From Phoronis australis (taxonomy: Eukaryota; Animalia; Phoronida), in contig NMRA01000005.1 in assembly GCA_002633005.1 (NCBI GenBank), positions 705,835-769,834 of the forward strand: DNA of 64,000 bases. The letters are read 5' to 3'. Shown in pieces: positions 13,101-25,775 of the stretch; positions within the stretch are counted from its first letter, which is position 1; every line of letters starts with the position of its first letter. The position numbers and the translations under genes were made by a program. The notes below the pieces were generated by a model. It was not told the DNA's origin. It made no database searches and saw nothing but the letters and a program-made list of their open reading frames with translations.

Positions 13101-15970
13101 GATTTAACACATTTGACAAGTTAAATTTAATTTGTTAATTAAAACAACGACGGATTTGAACCGAAGACGGGTCTCGCACTCTTTCGGGGTGTAAGACAAA
13201 TTGTGGACAACTTGGAATGCGTAGAATAATTAGCCGCCAGCCCTTCACAGTGATTCGTCATGGCAGACACGTACATGTTCACTTACCAGTACATATACAG
13301 TTGTTTAAAGTGACAAGCCCAAAGTTGAACAGAATTACCCATCAGACAACACTGAAACTGCACTGATTGATTGTGACGTCGGTGCAGTGAAAAATTATTT
13401 TCACTCATAACGGGTCACTTGTAGGTCACCGTTCAAAACCAGGCCCAAACACCTACTCCGTCAGGGAGGGCATCCTAGACAAACCAGAAGAGAAGAGGCG
13501 ATGCAAGCGTGGATGGACGATGGCTGGTCGCCCTAGGACATTGCCCCCAGGTATGTGTGCTTTTGGGATTTTCCCTAGATTAGCACATAGGCGGGTATTC
13601 GGAAAATGAAAATTTTCAAACGTTTTAGAAACGCCAAATAAACGCCCGGGTGTTTATTCTGAAAAGGGGGCGTGTAAGCGGAAAGTCATAGTTTTGGCTA
13701 CGCAAACGCCCGCATGGACAGAATACACGTAGGCCTAGATTAAGAGTTTCTTGACTTTGATATTTTTTACTTAAAACACAGTGTGTTTCTAAATTTTATG
13801 ATAATAAATGCGTAGCTCGCCAACACTTTGTTCGTTTTTGAAATTATAAATGCTCCACAAAACTGAATTGTTGACTAAAAGTTGACGCTGAGTGGGCTTT
13901 TATGAAGAAATTTTCCGAATAAATGCCAGCTGTCTGGACACTTGACACCAGAAGTTGTAACACCAAATAAACGCTCATGAGTGGGATAATTTTCCGAATA
14001 AACTTCAACGGGCGTTTATTCGGGTGGGCTTATCTACGGGAAATCCCGATAACTTTAAAGTTTATTTCACCACTGTTTGATTGCCAATGTTGAATCCTTG
14101 ACGGAGATGCGACTTGGGGCTTTAAAATGTTGCCACGTTCATCCGAACTTTTGACAAATTAGCCGGCATGTCAAGTCATAGCCAATGCGTGCATGCGCCA
14201 TTTTCGAATTCGCTAGTTTAGAGTTGGTCCACTCCAATTAGCTCTGCAGCGTATTCTTGAGTAGCTGATGGTTTCTACGTTCTTCTTGGTAACCCAAATA
14301 GAACTGTATCACATTAAAAGATATTACGAGACATATTTTGTGCGAAAGGTACAATTCGATTTTCCTTAAACTGAATGAAATGCAACTGACAACTAATGTT
14401 GTTTGTCGGTTAAGTGTAATAAAAAATCACATTGTTTTTTGGATTAGAAATCAAACTTAGGTCACTTAAAGCGTTGAGATTAGTTCAAAAACTAACTTTT
14501 TCCCAAACTATCAGGTGGAAACGTGTAAACAGGTTTGAGAGTTGAAAAGGGCTCAAAACGTTGTATCGTGAGTACATGAAAATGAAATAACATCGGTTTT
14601 TTTCATGAAAGCATCTATCGCTCATTATCACCTTCTGCGATCATCTCATTTCATTCAAAAGACCAGTGTGCCTGTGCTTAAAGACCGTGAACATAATTTT
14701 CAGACAAACTCCCCGGTCCAGCTGACTATGACGTTGGAAATTTCCCACCCGTTTTCGACGACGCTTACATTCGTAACAGAAGAAAATTCGTGTGGAAAAG
14801 TCACCCTCATTCTCAGCGATTCAAGCTGAAAGGTGAGCAAAGTGGTGTTTGCCTTAAGGATCATAGTCTACGCGGGATTACAAAGCGCAAAATGCAACCA
14901 AACCAAATACTGGTTCCCAGTGTGTATAGAAACCGTTATTTTGCTATCTTTTGAATCATAAACTGATGGGATGTAAGACAGTAATTAGAAGGAAGTCAAT
15001 GACCAGACGCTCTCAATCCATGTGTCAATCTCGCAGTGTGCGGTCATGCATACGTTGGCGGATACTTAGAGTGTGTATGCATTCGTTTCCTTCAGAGTCC
15101 CAGACTCCGGGTCCAGCTAACTACGATGCACCCAACAGTTGCGTTACTGAAAACAAAGCACCGGCTTTTAGCTTGGTCAGTCGGCGGAAGTTTATGGGTG
15201 AGTTGTCGTGTCAATTGCATGGCACGTTTCTACAGGTGATAGCCAACGTTCATGGACTTTTTTCCAAATATAATATTCACATTTAGTACAAATATTCAAA
15301 ATATACAAAATATACACGATTGTTTACCACTGCTATGCAAAACAGTTTCAATGTAATATTCATGCATAAAATCAGTTTGTTGATTGAGAGAGCAAATCTT
15401 TATCGGCTACTTTAGGCCTTCTGATTTTTGGCGCTTTTAGCAATTTTGGTTTATTTTTAGTTTGTGGATCAATTTGTACTTGTTTTGCTTTCTACAGCCG
15501 TGTTAAGTATAACGATTCGGATATTTTTTATTTTCTTACCCTCAGGATATCGGTCGTCATCAACGAAGAGTTTTAAAATAGGACTCCTATAGCACATATC
15601 TCCGTTGTTTCGGGGGGGGGGAATTTGAGACGCAGCTCGTCCCTGCGTACCGTTTTATTTTTTTTTCAAAAGCATGCTGAAATCAAAAAATAACAAATTT
15701 CGCAAAATATGTCTTCTCGTTTTCGTGAACGATTGTGCACCAATTCAAGGTGCGAATAAAAGTTTTTCAGTCATCGAAGCAAAATAACAAAATAATATAC
15801 ATTAGTTTATGTTTGCAGATAAAGAGTTGAATGCAGTTGGAGCCTACTTAGTGGAGTCTGACGTCACCCGTTACGGTAAGGCCTCCGCTCTTGGCAAGAG
15901 TCTGGCTGGACGAGCGAGTCCACTTGTCTACACTGGAGTTGCGTGCAACAAGACAAATCTCCGGCCTTAA
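1165..15970 (+). CDS. SHIPPO/PGP-repeat (ODF3/CIMAP1-like) ciliary or sperm-tail microtubule-associated protein, spliced, 5' end upstream of or at the window edge
   Basis: Hand-built exons, all GT-AG and all phase 1: 1165-1311, 2480-2584, 3506-3628, 4644-4805, 6371-6484, 9975-10049, 10999-11106, 11727-11843 (alternative donor at 11855), 12065-12199, 13425-13550, 14704-14832, 15096-15197, 15819-15970 (TAA). They join into one open frame with ten PGP/PAP-xxY motifs (QPGPSDY, GPGPAAY, SPGPAVY, NPGPAHY, SPGPASY, MPAPNAY, RPAPNQY, KPGPNTY, LPGPADY, TPGPANY) and an ODF3-like end (GRASPLVYTG). An in-frame ATG exists at 1251, but exon 1165 has a good acceptor, so it is probably internal. Confidence 0.85.
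1900..2010 (+). mobile_element. tRNA-derived SINE head (degenerate)
   Basis: ggcagtgtagcctagtggt (A box) ... gaggtcgagtcc (B box), followed by tatatccttgagtcagg. It does not fold into a complete cloverleaf. Confidence 0.5.
6568..7389. mobile_element. Non-autonomous hAT-like element containing a reverse tRNA-like segment, running into the gap
   Basis: It starts cagtggcgaatctagg with G runs. 6797-6862 reads on the minus strand as gtggtggtgtagtggtaaagcacg...gtcgtgatttcgagcc (tRNA-like). It ends in a C run at the N gap. Confidence 0.4.
7390..7838. other. Assembly gap (449 N)
   Basis: Run of N. The ORFs reported across it are artefacts. Confidence 0.99.
12675..12766. repeat. Tandem repeat, 23-bp unit x4
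   Basis: aaaaacgccaccggcgtgtacat repeated four times with single substitutions. Confidence 0.9.
13565..14048. mobile_element. MITE with terminal inverted repeats
   Basis: Left gggattttccctagattagc versus the reverse complement of the right end gggatttcccgtagataagc. Internal ccgaataaac/gtttattcgg repeats occur in both orientations. Confidence 0.6.
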
Positions 15971-18163
15971 ATCGTTGAATGTTGCATTTTCAACGAAGTA
16001 TCGCTCTATTTTGTTTCGCGGATTAAAGAGGGGGTTGCCGATGACTGTGCATAACCATTTCTATGGTGGTCACGATCCTTAAATATAAAATGAAAGTGTT
16101 TCTGTTCTGTTTTAGTTTTATCTCGATGGCTGCACTAGGTTCACGTAATCGGATCCACGGAGTCAAGCGGTTAAGACATCGGACTGGTTTTTTGTTGCGA
16201 CTTATAGGCCAATTAGACCTTTTGCACGGCGGGGTAACCGCCGCTGTCATGAAAGGACCCTACCTTGACACCCTAACCCGTCGAGATTGTGCAACTCGAC
16301 CGGTTTACGTACCACACAATTTGCCGGTTCAGATCAAAGACACCTGTTGTGGTTGATTGAATCGCCTCAGGCTGATGTTATCGTTCTCTAGATAACGAGA
16401 TTGTCAACACATGATTAGGGGCGATAGTAGTATTTTCAAATTTTCGTTTTGTATATTTGTTAATTAGCATATTTGAATAGTCCGTACATAACGATAAATC
16501 GTCGTGAGAGACCGTCCGGAGTTGGTATATGGTGCAACTCCGGAGGCTCTGAGGTCAACAGAAAACCACAGTTCAAATGTGAGTCTACACCAATGTGATA
16601 AACGAGAGTTCTAATTGCTGCGTCAGCTGCTGGTATGCTTATCTCTTTTATGACACACAATGCGTGACCAGTTAAAGCGTTTTCAAAATAATGTGGATAA
16701 ATCAGTGAAGTGTGAGACCCCTGAGGTCCCTGTCAAGTCATCACGACAATTTTACGTAATGAAACCACAAGATTTTTGAAATTTGAAAATTGGATAAGGA
16801 ATACGACTTTTACAGCCTAAATCGCTTCTTGTTGAAATTGTTTGTTCCTGATTAATTCCGATGGGTGTGCAACATAATTGGGTCAAGTACTAAACCACCA
16901 TGCAGAGTTGGAGTTTGATGTAACTGTCATCGTACAATTCCCGACATGGTGAATCACATCAGGACACTGACTGAGCTATGTTCTCTTACATCATCATTTT
17001 GGCTGCCTGAACAGTATATGTAATGCAAGTCCTTACTTGGTGAGCGTAAGATTCATGCAATCATGAGTTATTTCAAATTCTACTGCTGTAAAATGTATTG
17101 AGCTCAAACACGAATTTTATGACACAGTCGCCATAAGTTCATACCAACGTAGACGTGAAGGTGTCAAATCTTAGCTGAGGTTCTGGGTACGAGATTAACT
17201 TTAAAAGTCAAATCTTCAACATGACGTTTAGCTGTGCGGCGAAGGCAGGGGGTCACGTAGAATGATCGATGGTGGCGAAGACTTGCACTATTAAAGGGCA
17301 CTAGTATGGAAATGGAATGAAAAATAACACAATTTTCAGCAACTGAATGTCGATTCCCAAACTTTATTGACGGGTTTAGACAATTCGATTGAGATAGACA
17401 TCAACAGTATTTCGTGTGTAAAATGTATAAACCATGGGTTAATTTCCTGTTTACCTACTGAGAATGAAGATTTACAATGGATTTATTTCAAAGCAGTACT
17501 CCAAATCAACCTTTTAATAATGGTGTCAGTGCAGTTGTACAGCGAATACCATTACAAATATCGACCGATTCCGAGGGCAATGCCAGGTTTTTATGGACCG
17601 ACAGAAAGCAGTTTTGCCCGAGGCCGAGGGAAATTTTGAACTTTCTAGGTCCATGCAGCCTGATATGTCCGAGGGATTGGTTTTCATTTTTTTATTATAC
17701 GGCCACTGATGATTATTTCCTCCAATTTCTTCGCCTAGGAGATTGACATGTTCCGGCGTCCCGATTTGATGTACTTCGTCGTCTGCTAACTTTGTTTACA
17801 CGATCAGGGTTTTATGGTTTCTGCAGTGTGTAATATATTAATTAATTATATAGTTCGATCACGAGTAGCGACTTCTGTGTACGACCGACTTGGATCACAG
17901 AAAAGTGGTGTTACATGGCTATATCCAAACAATGTCACCTCATAGCGGAAGTCATCGCACTGTGTTTTAGCCAACCAAGGACAGACGTATCAGTGGCCGT
18001 GCAATAATTTGCAATGGTTTGTTGTCGAGTTAAAACATTCGGACGATTTTTAATGAGCATGACATCTTTGTCTGTCTTTAAAATGGTAGATTTTAGATTC
18101 GATAGCATTTTGTTCAGTTCATGACACTGTGATTCCCCAGTGTTTATCGACCGTGAGTGCCGA

Positions 18164-21100
18164 CTAGCACAGTTCCTTAGCTAGATTCTCCAGTTCGTCA
18201 AAGTCGTCAATGGGGAAGACGTTTTCTGGTTTCGACGCGATGATCTTGAGTTGATGTTGGTTGATGCTACTTCCGATTCCAATGGCGTAGGTTCGGATGC
18301 CTGCTTGACGGTTTAGAAGCGCTTGGCCAGCAACGTTGCCGCCCGTGCTTCCACCTGGAAGAGTGTAAGTATATAATTAGTTGAAGAATATTAGGGGTGA
18401 AAAAATCACTGGAAGAGGTCTGTCTGATCTCCGCCAACATCTCATGAGAACTCCGGATACCTTGCTTCTATAATACGTCCATCATGCTCTGAAACGCACA
18501 ATTTACTACCCAGACTGTAACGTACCTAACAATGTACTGTCGTGAATGCTTTATAATTTGGCCCTATGACCATATTATATATATTTCAATAAAGAAATTG
18601 TAAAGAAACTGATATTGGGGGTGAAAAAAGACTCCAAAATATGCCTGATCTCCGGCAACAGTGTTTACGCAGTGTTTTGCGGGTTCACCGTGATTGATCC
18701 ATGGACCAGAGTGTTTGCATGTCCGACTACTGAGACAGTTTTTTCGTCACGGTGATGACGATTTCGACAACAATGTTGATAACACAGTTGATGATACATG
18801 GGCGGCGCACCATAGGGGGCTAGGGAGGCTATAGCCCCCCACTTTTTCAGTGCTACGCCACACATGGTTTATAGGCGGTGCACCAAAGGGGGCTGAGGGG
18901 GTTTTAGCCCCCCTCACTTTTTTCAGTGCTGCGCCGCCCATGTGATAATGACATTAATGACATCGATGGTGATCATGGTGGCTGTCGGAGATTGTGTTTA
19001 GCCATTCTTTTGCGTAATGAAAAGATGTGGTTTAGTTCAATTTTTTGAAGAAGAGGTGCGACAGTTCTAATACTTCCTCTTCCTATAACTGTAGTTGGAC
19101 CTACGATACCCGTATGTATATATCTAATTTGATTGGTTCAGCCACTGTGTCTTGTAATTTCCATTATACTCTCATTGTATTGCGTAGGACTTAGTCAAAC
19201 TCAGTCGTAATCTGCTACGCTCATTACGGCCTATTGTTTTAAATGACTTATTCTTATTAGAATGACATAAGCAAAATGATTATCATAAAAATATTCATAT
19301 AAGGGCCACACTTTGGAATCTCGAAAATGGATTTCTTGCCAAGGTCGGTTTGATACAAACAAGTCGACAGAACACATCTCTGAAACTGTACTTCACTGTG
19401 TCTACTCAACCAGATACAAGTTTGGAACTACTTCGAGTTCATAACCCCACTGTGACGGCTGAGACGGTAGTTGTGGTGACGCTAAAGGTAATGGGGATGA
19501 CGATGACGACGATAATGGTGATAGTAGAGGTTATGGAGGCTGAGGTGATGCTGATGTCGGCGATGGCGTAACAACTGTTAAACTCAGACAGAGTTAACGT
19601 TTCGTGTCCTATGTATGTTTTGAGACACGACATGGCAAGTGTCTTGTGCCTGCTTCCAAAGCATGTCACGTGTTTTATGTGTCCTTTATATAATTGCTGT
19701 GCTTACCAAATTATAATTGCATTTTTATAAATTTTTCAGCTCTTCTGACGTTAGGCCAAATGTTCACATGCGCGCAACCAGCCTAAAAAATCAGGGGGCT
19801 CGAAATTTTGAGAATGTGGACCTTTTACTAAGATTCATGGAATACGTTCAGAGCTATGAATTGTACATTCGCTAAATTTGGTAGTTCGGGCGTTTTTATT
19901 GGACTTTCGTCTCGTCTTCTACTTTTTTGATTCTCTGAGGCTTACTTTTTTGCCCACTTCGTCAAATGGGTGCGCGTATGGTTCAATACTAATTTGAGTG
20001 TGATTGCTAAATAATGTTTTTAGTAGAGTCTCGACCGAATAAAGTTTGATGACCATGGCGACGTGCCCGAGCTTGGTAGAGGCCAGTCTATTAGTTGGCT
20101 AAACCTGTCGCCCATCGATTTCCTGCTCCAAAAATGGCCTGTAGCAATGCCAACTCAACATATCAATAGTCAGCAGCAATATCTCCAATTTTGTCAACGG
20201 AGGCTATCTATTCAATAAATTTTAATCTAAGTACAAAGCGTTCGTGATTGCTTTAAGAATAGCCTACTGTTGTTTTACATGTCCGGTTTATTTCCCCTCT
20301 ATGTTTTACCCTAGTCACGTGACTTCAGTTGTAAATGGTCTGGATCAAAAATTGTTGGCACAAGGCCACGGCTCGGTACTTCCCGCAGAACTTACCGTCT
20401 GTTATAAAGAAGATAATCTGGGAAATCCCAGTGGCGGGATTTCGGGCTCCATTGGCTGTCGAAAACATCACTTCCCGCGCGTGCCTCAGTGCCCGGTCAA
20501 TTCGAGTCTGAGCACCATTCTGAAAAACGATGGCGTCGACTTCCGACAGGGCAAAGAACTTGTTGCTGGTGAGAAAAAACTCTTTCTTGGCTTGTACTGA
20601 GAATTGTGATACCCCCACGTGGGTCTTGCCTGGAGCAACTTGCAGCCTGTTGATCACGGTCTTGATGAATTGCTTGATTTTTGGGAAGTTCGGCCTTATG
20701 CTTCCAGATCCGTCAGCAACGAAAACAATGTCCGCGTTGTCACAATCTGCAAGTTAGTCGAAATGTTCGTTTACATAGCGATACGCATGGGCACGTAATG
20801 TCAGTAAACCATTTTGATCATGCAACCGCGTTGTCACAATCTGCAAGTTAGTCGAAATGTTCGTTTGCATGGCGGTACGCATGGGCACGTAATGTCAGTA
20901 AACCATTTTGATCATGCAGCTGTTGCTGAAAGCAACGAATACCAATGAAGCGACCGAGACGTAATTTCGTACAGAAATTCCTCGAATGAGCATCAGAAAA
21001 AATGTATTTGCACCACACACCGTTCACAGTTTGTAAAAGGTAGTGGTAAAATAGTTTATCCGGGTTTTGCATGGTTCAGTATTGGAGTAAAGAGTTTAGA

Positions 21101-24100
21101 TGAACGCTGCAGGAGACCCATAACACTTCGCGTTTGCAGGAGCAAATGTGTTTTTAGTGCTTACCTTGACATTTCTTGCATTGGGGGTCGTCTACGGTTA
21201 TCAAAGTCTTCGCCTTACAAACTGAGTTGTAGTAGTGGTCACACACGCACACGGCCGGGTTGAAGGTCGTCCCAATCGGGCAGCACTGGTAACCAAAGTT
21301 GCCGTTGCTCATGTCAACTTGTTTGAAGCATTTGCAGTCTTTCGACTTGATCGTGTACAGGTTCCCGTGGCTCTTGCACGACAGGCCATCGGGGTTAATG
21401 TTACCTGGAAAGTGTATGTTTTCGAAGGTTATGCGGTTCTCGTCTGTCCAGAATGAGATGTCGTTCATCGAAATATTGTTGACACAAGAAAACACTATCA
21501 GAAACTGGTTTTCGCCCTCACAAAATACGGAATTTCCTATTGAATAGATGCACTTGAATTTAAACAAATTATGCACTTGAATCGGTGCTATTCTACACGG
21601 TACCAGTGCTGTAGTGGGGCGTAGGCGCACGTAGGCACAGCCAATCACCTTTTGGCATTTGAACGTAGCGCCTATGCACTGTAAGTTACTTTCGGTGCTC
21701 AAGGTGATACTGTGGGCTTTGGGCGCCTAATTACCTCTAATTTTAGCTCTACAGCACTGCGTGGCACCATTGTCACGCACTAGGAAAATCACCTTTATCG
21801 TGATTGGAAGCCTAAAGCAGAGAATAATTGGAAACATAGTCACTGCAAGACAGTGCCTTTCTGATCCTTCATCATTTGTTGATAAAATGTCTGCTATTAA
21901 AAATTGAAGGCAAGCCAATGCTATTTCCAAGAGCAAAAACATGTTTTGGTGGTTATTTCATCTTCTTTGTTTGTTTCTATGAAGTAAATGTATGAATAAT
22001 TAAATCCACCGGTGAGTATCGCGCTCAGTGGAGCCTAGTTCGTGTATTAGGATTTTTGTGGCCCGGGGCCTCTGATGCGACATGCACCGTGCTTAGCCTT
22101 GTCACCGTTTGACAATCTAATGGATATCCTGAAAATATGACTTTAAACAGCTCTTACTTTCCGTCCCCTCACATGTGGAACCCACACGTGATTTGGCTTG
22201 TTTATTTTACCTAATTACATACATGTATTCAAGATGGTCGATCCGTGTATTATTACAAGTGAAGCACGTGATCACACATAGCTTCCTTCGCCAGATTCTT
22301 GCGTCTACGCTATAGAACTGCCATGCCATTATTATAGTCTTACCATCAGTGGGAGTGTATGGTCCTGGACAGATGTTGGCTTTAGACCCTTTACATTTGA
22401 AATTCCATGGCCAGTCACACACACATACAGCGGGGTTGAACTTCAAAGGGGCGGGGCATCTGTGATATCCGTTGTTGCCATTGGTCAAATCTTTCTGATG
22501 AAAGCACGTGCAGTCCTTATTAGAGATGGTGTACCGGTTTTGCCTTCGCTCACAGTATCCGTCACCAACTGAAAAAGTCAATGTCAAACTCACAGAAAAG
22601 AATGGCATGATGGGCAAAATTTATTCTTTGAACCATTATCGTTTTCGCGGCAGGAAACATTTTGAGGTTACAGTTGAATAGGATAAACCTCCAGAAGTCA
22701 TTACCTCTTGACAAAGCTATAAAATAATAAAATTCATTGTTTTGTGATTTCATTACAATTTGCCACTTCTCGCCGGTTTTAAGAGAATAAAATGTCTAAT
22801 TCGATTTTCGGTTTTTATCAAGCAAAATCGGGCGAAATGCAACTTTCATAAAGGATTAGTAGAGCCCACATGATTTCCTTTTTTGAATTTGAAATTGGGC
22901 CCGGATATACAGATATGACTGACGCTGTACTTTGATCTGTGTTGTCACAACTCGGGCATACAGCGAACTAAAACGAAGCGGACTTCGCTGAGTTCTACTT
23001 CGATTCCTAGCATTAGTTACATACCATATAGTCACGTTGGCTCATGTTTGCTGATGTAGCCAGTTAGAAGGCGATAGCGTGTACTTTTCTCATCCAAATT
23101 CAAGATTGGAATTTATTAAGAACACCCAAGTTAGTCCATTATATAGTAAATTTAAGTTCAAAAGCCATTGTGGCAATACTGATCGCAGCAAACATCTCAT
23201 TCACCACTCGTTTTATTATTCTACGTCCCTGTTCGCCAGTGCATACTGATTGTGGGTCTGCGGGAGAAGAAGCTCAAGGGCCTTGTCTCAATAACAAAGT
23301 TTTCAGAGCGTCTAAGCCCTTTGAAATATCTTAACAAAATGGGTTGGGAACGGTAGGTGACACGTGGAATAAGTTAACCCGGGAAATTTTTGTTTTAAAT
23401 ATTGATTCCCTTCATTAGAAACATTACAGTTGAGTGACTGGGTCTTTTTATGAATGATTATTTTTTAACTTTAGACGTCACTGCTCATTAATTTTGCACT
23501 CGTATTTTTCTTGAATTTCGAAGGTGTCTGAATGGCTTATAGTGTTCAGGTTAGTCTGAATCAGAATAAGTGTTCATGAGGTTTTTAACTTATATTTAAC
23601 ATGGCAGAAGCAACCACTACAATAACGATAATGACAAATACGGACATAGCCTGGTGTATACGGACATAGCCTGGTGTATACGGACATAGCCTGGTGTATA
23701 CGGACATAGCCTGGTGTATACGGACATAGCCTGGTGTATACGGACATAGCCTGGTGTATACGGACATAGCCTGGTGTATACGGACATAGCCTGGTGTATT
23801 CTCCAGTGAAGAGAAAAGTTGTGTGTGTGCAAGAATGGTTAGGAAATCTCCAGGCGTAACTTAATTTCCGTGACACCGTGACTTGTCAAAAGTGTATTTC
23901 TAACGCGACACGGCCTGTCGAGGGATCCTTATTTAGACTGTACAACGCCTCCTACTCAGTTTTCATGGTTTTGAGGTTGGAAATAGAACTACCTTTTATG
24001 CGTTTGCTTGTCTGTATAGGTTCTATTTGTTGTATAAAATGTGAACCTACGGCCTTAAGTGCGATTATGTATAAGACCCTAGAAAATGGCCGAATTTGCG

Positions 24101-25599
24101 GGCTAACTTTGGAACATCACCGATTTCTCAGAAATGACTGGTCGGATTCCTGTGAAACTATCAGACAGTTTGCTTTGTGCACTGCTCTCCAAGTGTTGTT
24201 ATGCATCGTTTTTAAGTAGGATGTTTATGATCTTATGAAAAAGCTCGAAAATGCATGAAATCAAAATACAAATTCTGTACTTTTACTGAAACAAATTCTG
24301 TGTTTTTTTAAATACTCATCTGAATGCGCAGACTTGTCGATTAAAGGACCTACGTAACATAAAAACCACTTGCGCCACTATCGTCGTTACTCGACATTCA
24401 CGCTCTAATTTTGCGTCATTAACTTACACACAAATGTCATTTATCAATACCATACCTGATTTGTGAACTGCACCGTTTAGCTGACCGGCTGGTGGACAGA
24501 GGTTAGCTGCTGAACCGTGACATGTCGACGCGCTTGAGTCACAGACGCATGTGTAAGGATTGAAAGTCAATGAACCCGGACAACGGTGATATCCTTCGTT
24601 TCCGTTGCTTATATCTCGCTGATGGAAACATCTACAGTCGTGACTCGAAACCGTGTAAAGATTTCCTCTTTGTCTGCAGTAACCTACCTTTTTCCCCAAA
24701 GCATCTGAAAGGCAGAAACGAACAATCCAAACAAACATGCCTTACTTTGAAAACCTTTGTTTTGGTTGTTGATAAAAACTCTATTTTGGTCAAAGGGAAT
24801 GTATATTAGAAACGTTGTTTTCGGTTGTAACACTACATAAATCCACAGATGAGTATATTTTGTGCCAACCAGAATTTCGTGAAAGTCATGGAAACTCTGA
24901 CGCTTTCAAGTTTGTTCCGCCGGTGGATGTTTCAGTGCTGGGAAAAGTACTCCTTCACGTACCTTGGTTGCACTTCTGACCGTAGTTTTTCGAATAGGGT
25001 CATTTTCGTGAAGGTTTTAGCAAAGGACTGACGATAACTTCAAATGCATCTGACAGTACTCGCTCACGAACTGTATTATCTGTAGCACTCTAGCCGCTTA
25101 TTTAAAAAATCCAGTGCAAGGCTTTTTTATGAAAGGTCGTGCTCCAGACGTTCGTAAACACGTTATATTGCTTTTTAAGAGAAAAACCAATGCAATTTCC
25201 AAACTGTATTTAAAAGCACTTCCGTGAATTGCGCATGCCTGAAAAATGTGTTCGTTCTATCGACAACTGGGTGAAAGAGTCGACCGTGAAAATGGCCTCC
25301 AACGGTTTTCATGGGAATGGTGAAATGTCAAAATTTTGGGGAAATTCGTGAACGAAACCAAAAGAATCCATCGTCAGCGGTTTCTATAGAATTTTTTAAG
25401 ATAACCGCTTGTTTTAAAAGCTTTTGTACCAGAGACCGTACCTATCGTCTTTGTACTATGAGCGGTACGTTTTTTTCGTGTCCCTTGGTGTGCCTGGCAC
25501 TCACGAGAACATCTAGATAGCAAGCGATTGCTTAACTGAAACAAACTTACAGGAAGACAACGTCAGTACCCATACGACAACTAACGCTTTGTGGAACAT
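18164..25599 (-). CDS. Secreted protein: signal peptide + 3 chitin-binding type-2 (CBM14/peritrophin-A)-like modules + C-terminal VWA domain, 434 aa
   Basis: Exons on the minus strand: 25599-25551 (MFHKALVVVWVLTLSS), 24704-24456, 22568-22344, 21404-21165 (each a C..DCxCF..CP...FNP..CVCD..C module), 20746-20396 (DIVFVADGSGS...GAQTRI...IFFITD) and 18354-18164 (G...IRTYAIGIG...LKIIASKPENVF...ELC*). All introns are GT-AG phase 1; the total is 1305 nt. The VWA MIDAS motif (DxSxS, T, D) is intact. Confidence 0.85.
18797..18942. mobile_element. Two tandem ~70-bp mini-elements with CATGGGCGGC termini
   Basis: catgggcggcgcacc...gctacgccacacatg, then ataggcggtgcacc...gctgcgccgcccatg. Relatives lie at ~28322-28448 and 30350-30423. 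Confidence 0.6.
20732..20919. repeat. 94-bp tandem duplication spanning the splice acceptor of the VWA exon
   Basis: The unit ccgcgttgtcacaatctgcaagttagtcgaaatg...ttttgatcatgca occurs at 20732-20825 and 20826-20919 with only a few substitutions. Confidence 0.9.
23638..23799. repeat. Perfect minisatellite, 20-bp unit x8
   Basis: atacggacatagcctggtgt repeated eight times without mismatch, inside an intron. Confidence 0.97.
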
Positions 25600-25775
25600 G
25601 TTTGCGCCGCCTCAGTCTAAAAAGAGAAACGAAAGCAGTTATGAATTCAAACTACCATAAGTGTATGCATAGGTCTGGTCTCAATAGGCAATTTTCGGGG
25701 GAAATCTGTTTGATGTGTATTTAGCATGCATGTATCGCGCAAATCTACAACACGCTGATATTGACACAAACTTAC

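Noticed and set aside
19350-19669. Val/Met/Thr-rich ORFs
   Set aside because: Low-complexity GAT/GGT-rich intronic sequence.
23574-23876. CRISPR-like array or repetitive-protein ORFs
   Set aside because: The 20-bp units are contiguous with no spacers, and the region is intronic in a eukaryote. The ORFs result from a stop-free repeat.
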